Shown in pieces: positions 49,044-58,778 of a stretch of 64,000 nucleotides of DNA. Position 1 is the first letter of the stretch; each line of letters opens with the position of its first letter. A program made the translations under genes and the position numbers. The notes below the pieces were generated by a model that saw only the letters and a list, made by a program, of their open reading frames with translations, was not told the origin of the DNA and searched no databases. The DNA is from Methanobacteriota archaeon (GTDB lineage: Archaea; Thermoplasmatota; Thermoplasmata; SG8-5; JAGLSY01): assembly GCA_020697715.1 (NCBI GenBank), contig JAEHCO010000002.1:96001-160000 (forward strand), read 5' to 3'.

Positions 49044-49317
49044 GACTTGAATGTTCGTAGTTATATATAATACTTTTGAATTATGTTTATATATACAAAT
49101 GTTAAAATTTAATAGATTTTATGTTAATATTGGCTCTATTTTTCTTTAAGTATAGTAAATTCTCATTATTTATAAAATGACCTATTGAAATCCACCCTGA
49201 AATTCTATCATTATTTTTGAGAATCTGTTATTTTTTATTCTTAATATTATAACATTATATGTAAATTTAATATCGATCCTAAGTCCGCAATTATAAATAT
49301 CCCCATACCTTTATTAC

Positions 49318-50559
49318 ATGATGATGTCAAATACACCAGCTGATAGAAGGCCTCATGCATTCTGTGACTCATGCGGATCGCAGGCCGCGTTCATTGTTGA
49401 ACATCAGCGTTGGTATTGTTCAAAATGCAGGAAATATCTGAACATTGGCATTGAGCAACCAGTACCTACTGTTGAACACCAGCAAGCCAACACGCACCCG
49501 CAGGTTGCAGTTGGACATCAATATACAAATGCCTCTCCTCCACCACCACCTGTTGTTCAGCATCAATACACCAATGCTTCACCTCCGCCAGCATATCATG
49601 CAGGAGCGCCCCCTCACCAATATCCATCTCAGGCGAATTACCAACAGCCCCAGCCTGTTTATCAGCAAGCTGGACCGTATAACAATTATCCGCTGCAGCC
49701 ACAGCCCGTGCAACAATATGGTTACGCGCAGCAGAACATGTATCATCCCAATATGCCGAATGAGAATATGGCGAAGGCCAAGGTACACAATAGTGTTTCT
49801 CTGAGGAACAGATCGGACAATGTGATATCCACTGCTTGGCCAGCGATATTGATAATCATTCAATTGGCATTGATCGGCACCACGATACTTGGTTTCTTCT
49901 TCATTTTCAGTGATCTCTCTTTCATCGACCCATACACCAGCGGTATACCATCGGAATTCATATTGCTATTTGGTCTGGCATTCATCATGCAGTTATTATT
50001 CACAATAGTCCAATCATACCTTGTCTACATACTGGTTCTCAGAATGGACGATCATTTTGAAAGGGACAGCCTCTTAAGAATGGGTCTTCTGGAATATCTT
50101 GATTCCAGGTCCATGGTCACTGGAACCGATATAAATGTCGAGCGCTGGACTATCAATACCATAAATATGAGTGCGTACATGAAAGAGAGAAAGAAGGGCG
50201 CTATAACATGGGCCATTATGGTCGGGTTATTTTCCTTCATACCTGTTGTCGGCACTTTGTTCCTGCTGTATATTCTACATTCTCTCACTGACAATCTGAT
50301 AGACCATGATTTCAATCAATTGAACTTCAATCGCCAGCTCAATTGGTCACTGGCCAAATTGAATCGGCCACTGGTCGGATCCGGGGGCTGGATGAATGTC
50401 CCACGTAGAAGCACAGGGATGTACATCATCCTCACATTGATCACCCTTGGTTTCTTCTTACCCTACTGGTGGTATGTGGTCATCACAGATTGGAATGAGC
50501 ATTTCCAGAACCAGTGGAAGTTCGAGGATGAATTATTATATAAATTAAGTCAGGAATGA
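49318..50559 (+). CDS. Membrane protein with N-terminal Zn ribbon and Pro/Gln/Tyr-rich linker (DUF4234-like C-terminus)
   Basis: CDSCG...WYCSKCRKY, low-complexity P/Q/Y region, TM helices, YIILTLITLGFF.PYWWY...D.NEHF. Confidence 0.8.
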   Translation: MMMSNTPADRRPHAFCDSCGSQAAFIVEHQRWYCSKCRKYLNIGIEQPVPTVEHQQANTHPQVAVGHQYTNASPPPPPVVQHQYTNASPPPAYHAGAPPHQYPSQANYQQPQPVYQQAGPYNNYPLQPQPVQQYGYAQQNMYHPNMPNENMAKAKVHNSVSLRNRSDNVISTAWPAILIIIQLALIGTTILGFFFIFSDLSFIDPYTSGIPSEFILLFGLAFIMQLLFTIVQSYLVYILVLRMDDHFERDSLLRMGLLEYLDSRSMVTGTDINVERWTINTINMSAYMKERKKGAITWAIMVGLFSFIPVVGTLFLLYILHSLTDNLIDHDFNQLNFNRQLNWSLAKLNRPLVGSGGWMNVPRRSTGMYIILTLITLGFFLPYWWYVVITDWNEHFQNQWKFEDELLYKLSQE

Positions 50560-50563
50560 TCGC

Positions 50564-51088
50564 GTGAGCAAGACCAATAAACTCCCCTCAAAATATATCT
50601 TCATCTCCTTCGGCCTGGGCATGGTATCTGCCTTTATCGCCATATGGGGAGAATTTGGATTGATGTTCAATAATGATGGTTATGGGGTCATTGGTCCCAC
50701 GGCCCTGGGAGTTTTTTCCGCGGTCGTCATCGCGCCCCTAGTGGAGGAGCTGGCCAAACCATTGGGTCTTTATATCATCCAGGGCGAGGAAGAACCTGAT
50801 ATCAGCCTTCAGAGTTGGGTATTGCTTGGTGCGATATCCGGTCTTGGTTTTGCCGTACTGGAGAATTTACTGTATGCCTCCGGTCTCATGGGATATGGCA
50901 CTGATGTTGCTTTTACCCTTCTTCTGCTTCGATCCCTTCTGCCTCTTCACATGATCGCGTCCGCGATAACTGGATTGGGATTCGGTCTCTGGATAAAGAC
51001 CAGAAATGGTTTCTATTTCGTAATATGTATATTCATAGCGATGTTGATACACGCTCTCTTCAATTTCTCCGCTGTATTTGTTGGTTGA
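50564..51088 (+). CDS. prsW: PrsW family intramembrane glutamic/metalloprotease
   Basis: APLVEELAK, GLGFAVLEN..Y, PLH, IHALFN motifs. Confidence 0.88.
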   Translation: MSKTNKLPSKYIFISFGLGMVSAFIAIWGEFGLMFNNDGYGVIGPTALGVFSAVVIAPLVEELAKPLGLYIIQGEEEPDISLQSWVLLGAISGLGFAVLENLLYASGLMGYGTDVAFTLLLLRSLLPLHMIASAITGLGFGLWIKTRNGFYFVICIFIAMLIHALFNFSAVFVG

Positions 51089-51089
51089 C

Positions 51090-51437
51090 ATGAAACTCCC
51101 CAAAGGAACTCTGACCGGATCGATGAAGATCCTTGCCCCGCTTCTAATCTGGATGAGTGCTGGCTGGTTCTCCTACCCTTACCTGATAGGGTATATCTAT
51201 GATGCTGTTGGCGAGTCCATAGATATCGAAGAATTGAGAACCTTTTCATTGATCATGACCGTGGTATGCTTGGGTCTTGGAATATTATTCCTGATACTTG
51301 GTGTCAAAGGCCCGAAATTAGATGAGGATGATTTCAAAAGGATGACCGGGCAGTTGGTCATGTGCGAGCATTGCAGGCTGGAAATGAAGAAAGAGGTTTC
51401 CACGATCACATGTGAGCATTGCGGGAAGTTCATTTAA
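51090..51437 (+). CDS. Small two-TM protein with a C-terminal Zn ribbon
   Basis: Two TM helices, CEHC...CEHCG. ATG 1 bp after the prsW stop. Confidence 0.7.
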   Translation: MKLPKGTLTGSMKILAPLLIWMSAGWFSYPYLIGYIYDAVGESIDIEELRTFSLIMTVVCLGLGILFLILGVKGPKLDEDDFKRMTGQLVMCEHCRLEMKKEVSTITCEHCGKFI

Positions 51438-51510
51438 TTTATATGCGCATATATAAATATTTACTTTTCTATTTAAATACAAATATATTTATTAGTCAAA
51501 TATAAAAGGA

Positions 51511-51545
51511 ACCGCCAGCCGACTAAAGCTGGCGGTATTTTATTG
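51511..51545. terminator. Bidirectional terminator-like hairpin
   Basis: accgccagc-cgactaaa-gctggcggt flanked by A and T tracts, between convergent genes. Confidence 0.65.
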
Positions 51546-51556
51546 TGTTTGTGGTA

Positions 51557-52552
51557 TCAGATCTTCCTTATCTTTCCGAGTATGGGCTCGTATACAAGTC
51601 CCTTGTCAAGCAATCCCATTATCGCCTCTTCGAAATCCGACTTGCTGATCTTCTTCTTCTTTGCCCCGGCCTCGATATCCGACCATTCCACACCACTGCC
51701 GGAATCATCCATCTTCTCGACAATATCCAGTATCTTTGTTTCATGGTCCGTGAGCTCGTCATCACCGTCGCCATCGCCTTCTTCACCCTTCTCATCAGGT
51801 CCTTCTGGCGGGACGTCCTTTGATTCCACATCTCCGGACATGACCTCGATGGCCTCTTCTTCCATATCGTCGTAATCCGGGTACTCCAGATCTTCATCAG
51901 GAATATCCGGCATCAGCTCGTCCTTGTCGCCTTTGTTCTCTGGCAGAAGATAATTCAGGGATTCGCGAAGTAGATTGTAATATCGGTCTGTTGGCACATC
52001 TGGATATTCCTCCAGGGCGATCATCATACCTTTGCTGAGTGACTCGCTGTAGCCCAGCTCCATCAGCTCCTCCACAGAAGGCGAGGACATGTTCTTTGCC
52101 TCATTGTAAGCCTCCAGTCTTTCTTTCAGAGCCTTGCAGGATTCCAGCACCCAGTAGTCTCGAACATCCTCGGTCACTGTGCGCACGACCTCCGGGCTGA
52201 TGGAAACGTACATCACGCCTTCCTCCGGGGAATATGTCCTGGCCTTTCCGATAATGGCCACGAAGGCTGGTGGGTGAACCTTTGAAAGTGCGAGAGCAGC
52301 TTCTGGCTGATACTGGCCAGCTGATATGTAATAGGTTCCTGTTGGGTCGTTCATCCTCGCCCGCCACAGGGGTTCGGCCGGCGAACCCAGATTCTCGATG
52401 TCGGTGATCACTCCGACAGCGAATATGCGATTCATCCTCGCACCCAGTGGGGATATCAGGAAACTCGGGCTCATCTCTTCCTGGCCTTCGATCTTGATCC
52501 TGGAATCATTGAACTCTGCGGCGAAGACACGCCATGCGACCTGTCGCTTCAT
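51557..52552 (-). CDS. RPA-associated OB-fold protein (RPAP/RPA2-like) with acidic linker and C-terminal wHTH
   Basis: RQVAWRVFAAEF, SPLGARMNRIFAVG, DPTG...AGQYQPEA, L..KGLVYEP..G. Start follows GGAGGTGA. Confidence 0.88.
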   Translation of the reverse strand: MKRQVAWRVFAAEFNDSRIKIEGQEEMSPSFLISPLGARMNRIFAVGVITDIENLGSPAEPLWRARMNDPTGTYYISAGQYQPEAALALSKVHPPAFVAIIGKARTYSPEEGVMYVSISPEVVRTVTEDVRDYWVLESCKALKERLEAYNEAKNMSSPSVEELMELGYSESLSKGMMIALEEYPDVPTDRYYNLLRESLNYLLPENKGDKDELMPDIPDEDLEYPDYDDMEEEAIEVMSGDVESKDVPPEGPDEKGEEGDGDGDDELTDHETKILDIVEKMDDSGSGVEWSDIEAGAKKKKISKSDFEEAIMGLLDKGLVYEPILGKIRKI

Positions 52553-52619
52553 TACTTCACCTCCTGTTTCACAGCAGGCATGTATTGAACTATCACTGTC
52601 ATATGCTGAATTACGTTCA

Positions 52620-54275
52620 CTATATCGCCTCCAGTAAGGTTCTGGCCTCGTTCTCAACATCGAGCTTTAGGAACTCGATGTCATTCACTATCATGATCAA
52701 TCCGAAATCATCGAAGGAAACACTGCCAATCGCGCGGACTGGCCTGGCGACCATCAGCTCGGAGAATTGATCCTGGATGACACTGTAATCCATGGCGTCC
52801 TTTGCCTCGGATAGACAGTCATCTATGGACTTTTTGATAAGTTTCTCGGAAAGATCGCGGCCTATCACCGCGGTCATCGCTCCTGTGCCATCATCCACTA
52901 CGGCCTTCACGCGCATGTCCGGTATTCCTTCCACTTTCTCGTGGATCTTGCAAATGTTCTTCTTTATGGCGCGGTTACATTCGGGACATCGGAATATCAG
53001 GCCGCTTCCTTCTCGCACATCCAGTACCATACCGTCTACTGAAGCGTCCAGCATGCCACCGCTCTTGACCAGGCCTTTGATATCCATGCTCACTGGCTTG
53101 GACAGTTTTTCAGCGCTTGGCAATTTATCCTTGGACTTCTCGATATTGCCCATGTCGAAATTAAGCTGGGGCATACCTCTCCAGGCGCGGATATAGGCAT
53201 TGTTTATCTGCATCACATCGCCAATTTTGAACTTCGCCTCGCCCCAGCAAGTGTATGATATCTTGCCAGTCTCGTCAGCCAAAGTTCCTGAAAGGAGGGT
53301 CTTTTCCTCGTCCTTCACGGTCACCATTCTCTGATCTCTTGTGATTATCCTGGCGACCACGTTCAAACCACGGTCGCCATCCTTGATCTCACCTATTTTC
53401 ACATCTCGGCCAGGACCGGCATTTCCACCAGATACGGGCGGTAATGCGTCTTTATCCTCTATATCGACAGTCGCTCGCTCTCCGAGATTGATCTGGGGCT
53501 CGCCATTCCATTCGGTGATATAAGCAGAGCCGATGCGAATGACATCGCCTTTTTCCAGCTTGAGGTCGCCCTTCTCCCAGATGGTGAATGGGCAGGTTCC
53601 GGTCTCATCGCCTATGATACCCGAGAATATTTCCTTCTTTTCTCCTCTGGCTGTGATCTCTTTCTCGGCTACGAAAACCACGCGGACAAGCATATTGGCA
53701 TCGAAATCGCCGAGTTCCTTTAGCTCGGCGACCTTCACATCCTTTGCTTCCTTGGGCTGGCCTCCGCCACCGCCACCGCCGCCTTTGCTTGGAGGGAGCG
53801 CGTCCTTCGATTCCATATTGATCACACCACGGTTGCCGACATTGATCTGCACCTCATCACGGTACTCGGTGGTGTAAGCGGCTTCTATACTGATCACATC
53901 GCCTTTTTCCAGCTTGAGGTCGCCCTTCTCCCAGACAGTGAAGGAGCATGAGCCAGTATTATCCGCTATAAAACCAGACAATATCTGTTTCTGCTCGCCC
54001 TTGGCGGTGATCTCCTTCTCTACCACGAAAGTTATTCTTCCTAGTATATTGACGGAATTATCACCCGGCTCGAGCTCGGCGATCGTTCTGACAACATCAT
54101 CCAGATCTGCCAGGGAAATATCGAATTTCTTCGCAATGCTTCGCATCGCCTCTCTGGCCGGGATCTTGAAATCAACTACGAACTTCAAAAATTCTTCTTC
54201 TATCTCTTCTCTTTCTGCCTTATCGCCAATGGCTTCCATAAGGTCATCTATGTTCTTTGCGTATTTCTTATCCAT
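52620..54275 (-). CDS. rpa: Replication protein A (multiple OB folds and a Zn finger)
   Basis: Three G.I(A/G)D(E/N)TG...FT.W...GDV..I..AY repeats, RCPECNR...C.IH, DMRVKAVVDDGTG. Confidence 0.92.
   Translation of the reverse strand: MDKKYAKNIDDLMEAIGDKAEREEIEEEFLKFVVDFKIPAREAMRSIAKKFDISLADLDDVVRTIAELEPGDNSVNILGRITFVVEKEITAKGEQKQILSGFIADNTGSCSFTVWEKGDLKLEKGDVISIEAAYTTEYRDEVQINVGNRGVINMESKDALPPSKGGGGGGGGQPKEAKDVKVAELKELGDFDANMLVRVVFVAEKEITARGEKKEIFSGIIGDETGTCPFTIWEKGDLKLEKGDVIRIGSAYITEWNGEPQINLGERATVDIEDKDALPPVSGGNAGPGRDVKIGEIKDGDRGLNVVARIITRDQRMVTVKDEEKTLLSGTLADETGKISYTCWGEAKFKIGDVMQINNAYIRAWRGMPQLNFDMGNIEKSKDKLPSAEKLSKPVSMDIKGLVKSGGMLDASVDGMVLDVREGSGLIFRCPECNRAIKKNICKIHEKVEGIPDMRVKAVVDDGTGAMTAVIGRDLSEKLIKKSIDDCLSEAKDAMDYSVIQDQFSELMVARPVRAIGSVSFDDFGLIMIVNDIEFLKLDVENEARTLLEAI
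53542..53935. repeat. Exact 40-bp direct repeat inside rpa (53542-53581 and 53896-53935)
   Basis: acatcgcctttttccagcttgaggtcgcccttctcccaga occurs twice, 354 bp apart, encoding WEKGDLKLEKGDV. Confidence 0.85.
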
Positions 54276-54457
54276 TATTTCACTCCATGGTTCACGTTTT
54301 TTTGTTTATGGTGAACGGTAGGACTCCTATATTGAGAAATGATATATAAGGGTAGAGGAAGGGTGAGCGAAAGTATTCAAATCTCCAATATGTAAGACAA
54401 ACAAAGCAAGTAATTAATATATCGAAATTTAATACGGGGGCGGTTGGAGTAGTCCCT

Positions 54458-55345
54458 ATGAAACTCGAAGAACATCTGGCAGGCCATGATCAGGATCTCA
54501 GAGAATTGGTATTGAAGATAGGCGAGATAGGCAAAGTCATTCACAAAGGGTTTGCATCCCGCCAGTCCGTATCCGATACTCAAAATGTGTATGGGGAGAC
54601 GCAGATGGCCTTGGACAAATGGGCGGATCAAGTTCTCATTGATGGATTGAGGGAATCCGGCCTTGTGAAATATCTGGCTTCTGAAGAACAGCCAGATGTG
54701 CTGGAGTTTGAAGGTTCCAAGTCGGATATCGGGATCACTCAGGACCCTCTAGATGGGTCGAGTTTAATTGGAGTTAATTTGGCTGTCGGGACCATCATCG
54801 GGATATTCCGTGGAAGTGTCCTTGTACCGGGCCAGGAGATGATCGGGGCCATGTACGTTCTTTACGGACCGCTTACCACTCTCACTTATTGCCTCAAAAA
54901 AGGCGTGCATGAATTCGTGCTGGACCCCAATGGGGAATTCGTTCTGCAATCCGAGGATATTCGAATTCCAGATGGTAAGATATTCGCACCAGGAGCTATT
55001 CGAAAGAAGTATCTGGATGGCCACCTGAAGTGGATCGAGGCACTGGAAGCCGATGGCTACAAGATAAGGTTCAGTGGTTCTTTTGTTGCTGATGTTCATC
55101 AGATCCTGCATAAGGGTGGTGTGTTCACATACCCTGGCATCGTGGGTAGCGAGCAAGGTAAATTGCGATTATTATTCGAGGGAAACCCAATGGGCTTCAT
55201 CGTGGAGCAAGCTGGTGGCGCGACCAGTGACGGTTACCGCAGTTTGCTTTCGATCCAGCCAGATGGTGTGGCACATCGTGTGCCGATATACGTGGGTGGG
55301 AAGAAGGAAATTAATTTAATTAATAATATAAATGGAGGCATATAA
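54458..55345 (+). CDS. fbp: Fructose-1,6-bisphosphatase class I
   Basis: NVYGETQMALD, ASEE, DPLDGSS, RFSGSFVADVHQIL.KGG, KLRLLFE.NP. Confidence 0.93.
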   Translation: MKLEEHLAGHDQDLRELVLKIGEIGKVIHKGFASRQSVSDTQNVYGETQMALDKWADQVLIDGLRESGLVKYLASEEQPDVLEFEGSKSDIGITQDPLDGSSLIGVNLAVGTIIGIFRGSVLVPGQEMIGAMYVLYGPLTTLTYCLKKGVHEFVLDPNGEFVLQSEDIRIPDGKIFAPGAIRKKYLDGHLKWIEALEADGYKIRFSGSFVADVHQILHKGGVFTYPGIVGSEQGKLRLLFEGNPMGFIVEQAGGATSDGYRSLLSIQPDGVAHRVPIYVGGKKEINLINNINGGI

Positions 55346-55347
55346 TT

Positions 55348-56481
55348 ATGTACGAGCCAATACCCGGAGATGTCATGTTCCGCGCTCTCAAGGATAAGAG
55401 CGCGATAGTCATGGCTGTCAATGCCAGAACAACTGTAGGTGTAGCTGAAGGAATATTCCGAGCCGCGAAGGACTTGGATTCCGCAGTGATATTCGAGATA
55501 GCCAGGACCGAGTGCAATCAAGATGTGGGGTACACTGGCATGACCCCTGGTGATTATGCCGAGAGGATAATGGCCGCGGCTAAAAAAGTGGGCTTCGACA
55601 TGTGGTCCCTGCATGCGGATCACATCACGGTGAAGAAAGGTGATGCTGCTGACATTGCCAAAACAAAAGAATTGATAGATGCACAAGTGGATGCGGGCTA
55701 CACCTCTTTCGCTATCGACGCTTCACATTTATTCGATTTCCAGGGAGGCAATCTGAGAGAGGAACTGGCTCTGAACATCGATGTCACCACGGAACTGGCC
55801 AAGTACATTGAGGAACGAATGGGCGGTAAGCCATTTGGTCTGGAAGTGGAAGTTGGCGAGATAGGAAAAGAGGACTCGCAGGGCAAGGTCGTGACCAATC
55901 CCGACGAGGCCGTTACTTTCATAAAAGCACTCAATGAGAATGGTGTGTTCCCGCAAGTACTGGCCATTGCCAATGGCACGTCCCATGGCAATGTGTACGA
56001 CGCTCAGGGAAATATCATGGAGCAGGTGAGTATCGACATAGATCAGACCAAAGCGGTTGCCCAGGCCCTTCGAGATGCCGGGTCAGATGTGCGGATCGCC
56101 CAACATGGGATTACTGGCACACCTCGCGAGCTCATTAACACACTATTCCCAAAAGGCGACATAATCAAGGGAAATGTCGCGACTTTCTGGCAGAACCTGA
56201 TGTTCGATGTTCTTCAAGTTTACGATCCAGATCTGTACAAGGAAATATATGACTGGACGATGGACAATTATAGAGCTAAAAATCCTGGAAAGAAGGACAA
56301 TGAGATATGGGGCAAGAACGTGAAGCAGGCGATCAAGCCCTTCCACGATCGCCTTTACGCACTTGATCAGGACGCGCTGGACACTATCGAAGCACTTTCA
56401 TATGCCGAAGCCCGTATTTTCTTCAGATCATTCGGTTCCGCTGGTACTGCCAGTATAGTCAGAAAAGCAATGGAGGGATAA
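55348..56481 (+). CDS. fba: Fructose-bisphosphate aldolase class II
   Basis: HADH, GYTSFAIDASH, EVEVGEIG, GTSHG, AQHGITG. Confidence 0.9.
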   Translation: MYEPIPGDVMFRALKDKSAIVMAVNARTTVGVAEGIFRAAKDLDSAVIFEIARTECNQDVGYTGMTPGDYAERIMAAAKKVGFDMWSLHADHITVKKGDAADIAKTKELIDAQVDAGYTSFAIDASHLFDFQGGNLREELALNIDVTTELAKYIEERMGGKPFGLEVEVGEIGKEDSQGKVVTNPDEAVTFIKALNENGVFPQVLAIANGTSHGNVYDAQGNIMEQVSIDIDQTKAVAQALRDAGSDVRIAQHGITGTPRELINTLFPKGDIIKGNVATFWQNLMFDVLQVYDPDLYKEIYDWTMDNYRAKNPGKKDNEIWGKNVKQAIKPFHDRLYALDQDALDTIEALSYAEARIFFRSFGSAGTASIVRKAMEG

Positions 56482-56482
56482 G

Positions 56483-57151
56483 ATGAAAACACCTATCATC
56501 GCGATAAATATGAAGACCTATGAGCAATCATGCGGAGAGGCTGGTATCAATCTGGCCAGCCTTTGCCAGGAGATAGCGGAGGAAACAGGCGCGAACATAG
56601 CAATTGCTCCCCAGCAGACAGATCTCGCTCTATTCTCTATTGATCTCGACATTCCTATTTTCGCACAACATATTGACAATGCCAAGCAGGGCAGTTCGAC
56701 TGGCCGTATCACACCCGAGAACATATGGACCATCGGTTGCGCCGGTTCTCTTATCAACCATTCGGAGTATCGAATAGAGGCTGAAGATGTGCGTGTGCTT
56801 GTTCAAAAATGCCGCAATCTGGCATTGACCAGCATCGTCTGCACAAAGGATGCTGTGGAATCCCGAGCATACGCGGAATTTAAACCGGATTTCATCGCGG
56901 TCGAGCCGCCAGAACTAATTGGTGGGGACATTTCAGTGACTTCCGCGAAGCCTGAGGTCGTTTCCGATTCTGTCAAGGAAGTGAAAGAGGTCGCGCCAGA
57001 CGTTAAAGTTCTATGCGGAGCAGGAGTGAAGAATGGCCAGGATGTTAAAATGGCCATCGAGCTTGGCGCTGAAGGAGTTCTGCTGGCATCTGGTGTTGTT
57101 AAAGCTGATGACCAGCGCGCGGTGTTATTGGATCTGGTTAGTGAATTGTAA
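56483..57151 (+). CDS. tpiA: Triosephosphate isomerase (archaeal type)
   Basis: INMKTY, AQHID, NHSE, AVEPPELIG, LCGAGV, GVLLASGVVKA. Confidence 0.95.
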   Translation: MKTPIIAINMKTYEQSCGEAGINLASLCQEIAEETGANIAIAPQQTDLALFSIDLDIPIFAQHIDNAKQGSSTGRITPENIWTIGCAGSLINHSEYRIEAEDVRVLVQKCRNLALTSIVCTKDAVESRAYAEFKPDFIAVEPPELIGGDISVTSAKPEVVSDSVKEVKEVAPDVKVLCGAGVKNGQDVKMAIELGAEGVLLASGVVKADDQRAVLLDLVSEL

Positions 57152-57208
57152 ATTCAATCGCATCATCTGACCAAAAAGCCTTTATCTCCCTAATGCCAAT
57201 CAGCCTTG

Positions 57209-58150
57209 ATGTCAAAGGTCAATGGGGCGAAGGTAGCTATCGAGACTTGCCTGAATGTCAAAAAGGGTGAGCGAGTTCTAATTTTAACAGACACTTCTAA
57301 GGAAGCCATAGCTGAAACTATCTATCAGGCCGCGGTGGAAGCTGGGGCAATGGCCGTTCTCACAAAGATACCGGAGATCACCCAAGATGGACAGGAGCCT
57401 CCAATGCCAGTGGCCAAGATGATGAGGGACATGGACGTGATCGTGATAACCACGGAAATGAGCATGTCACACACGGCCGCCCGCAGGCGAGCATCCAAGG
57501 CAGGAGCGAGAATTGCCACAATGCCAGGTATCACCGAACACATGCTGAATGAAGGCGGGATGACCGCGGATTTCAAAGAGATACTGAAGGTCACACGCAG
57601 GGTGGCGAGGAAACTGAGAAAGGGCAACAAACTCGTTATCAAGACCGAGCTAGGAACGGACATCACTATGGATATCAAAGGACGATCCTGGGTGACTGAG
57701 GACACTGGTATCTGCAATAAGAAAGGTGATTTCACCAATCTGCCTGCTGGAGAGATGTTCATTTCCCCTCTTGAGGGCAGTGCGAAGGGCGTGATCATGG
57801 TCGATGGTAGCTTCAATGATCCACTTCTCAATCCGGTCAAGGTCAATGTCAAAGACGGTTATGCAACCCGGATAGTGGGCGCGCATGACGTTGTTAAAGA
57901 ATTGAACAAGGGAGGGAAGACTGGCCGCAATATCGCGAAGGTCGGTATCGGCCTCAATCCGGAAGCGAAGATAATCGGCAAGATCCTGGAAGATACGAAG
58001 GTTTTGGGAACTGTGAATATCGGCTTCGGGGACAATTCCATGTTCGGCGGCAGGGTGAAGTCCAAAGTCCACATGGCGGGCATAATCAAGAACCCTACCT
58101 TGGTCATAGACAATGTCATTGTGATCAAGGACGGCGAGCTGAAAGTTTAG
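57209..58150 (+). CDS. M29 (AmpT/AmpS-like) aminopeptidase homologue, probably catalytically degenerate
   Basis: L.VK.GERVLILTD, EPP, SHT.AR, ATMPG, NLPAGE.F..P.EG, but several metal ligands are substituted. Confidence 0.8.
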   Translation: MSKVNGAKVAIETCLNVKKGERVLILTDTSKEAIAETIYQAAVEAGAMAVLTKIPEITQDGQEPPMPVAKMMRDMDVIVITTEMSMSHTAARRRASKAGARIATMPGITEHMLNEGGMTADFKEILKVTRRVARKLRKGNKLVIKTELGTDITMDIKGRSWVTEDTGICNKKGDFTNLPAGEMFISPLEGSAKGVIMVDGSFNDPLLNPVKVNVKDGYATRIVGAHDVVKELNKGGKTGRNIAKVGIGLNPEAKIIGKILEDTKVLGTVNIGFGDNSMFGGRVKSKVHMAGIIKNPTLVIDNVIVIKDGELKV

Positions 58151-58250
58151 GGTCTTCATCTCACTACTAACTATATCATCAAAGCTTGAATTAAACAGTT
58201 ATTAATAATCGAACTTTATTCAAGTACGTATGGGGCAAGGTGGACATCAT

Positions 58251-58778
58251 ATGAATCAACCAATAAGCCAAATACCTCCTGCTGTAGCAAATACGATATT
58301 ATTGGATCAAGGAGAACATATATTGATAACATGGGATTTCTCTCAATCTAAATATATTGGCTCAAATTTTAACTCCGGACGGGGATATTTGGTATTGACC
58401 AATAAAAGAGTATTATCAATTCATTCCCAGGGATTATTGTCCTCAGGTTACAAAGTGATATCGAATATAGAGCTGCCCAAGATAAATGACCTAAGAGTTT
58501 CAAGCGGCTTCATGAGCAATGGACTTATTGTGATGGGAACTCTTTATACAATTCAGAATCCAGATATGGCTAGGAATTATATCGATAATGCGAGGGTGGA
58601 CTTTATGAAGAACGCTCCGCCCCCAAAGGCACCCGAAATGCCCACACCTCCTGCAACAACACACTATGTTAGAGAGAAGGAAGTGACAACAAGAGAGGTC
58701 GTGAAGATCCGATGCCAGTTCTGTGGATGCTTATTTGACGAGGTGGTTGATAAGTGTCCAAGCTGTGGAGGTCGCTGA
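58251..58778 (+). CDS. PH-like domain and Zn-ribbon protein
   Basis: GYLVLTNKRV, C-terminal REVVKIRCQFCG...KCPSCG. Alternative start at 58230. Confidence 0.75.
   Translation: MNQPISQIPPAVANTILLDQGEHILITWDFSQSKYIGSNFNSGRGYLVLTNKRVLSIHSQGLLSSGYKVISNIELPKINDLRVSSGFMSNGLIVMGTLYTIQNPDMARNYIDNARVDFMKNAPPPKAPEMPTPPATTHYVREKEVTTREVVKIRCQFCGCLFDEVVDKCPSCGGR

Noticed and set aside
53542-53935. Diversity-generating retroelement TR/VR pair
   Set aside because: The copies are identical with no adenine-specific mismatches, both lie inside rpa, and no reverse transcriptase is in the window.
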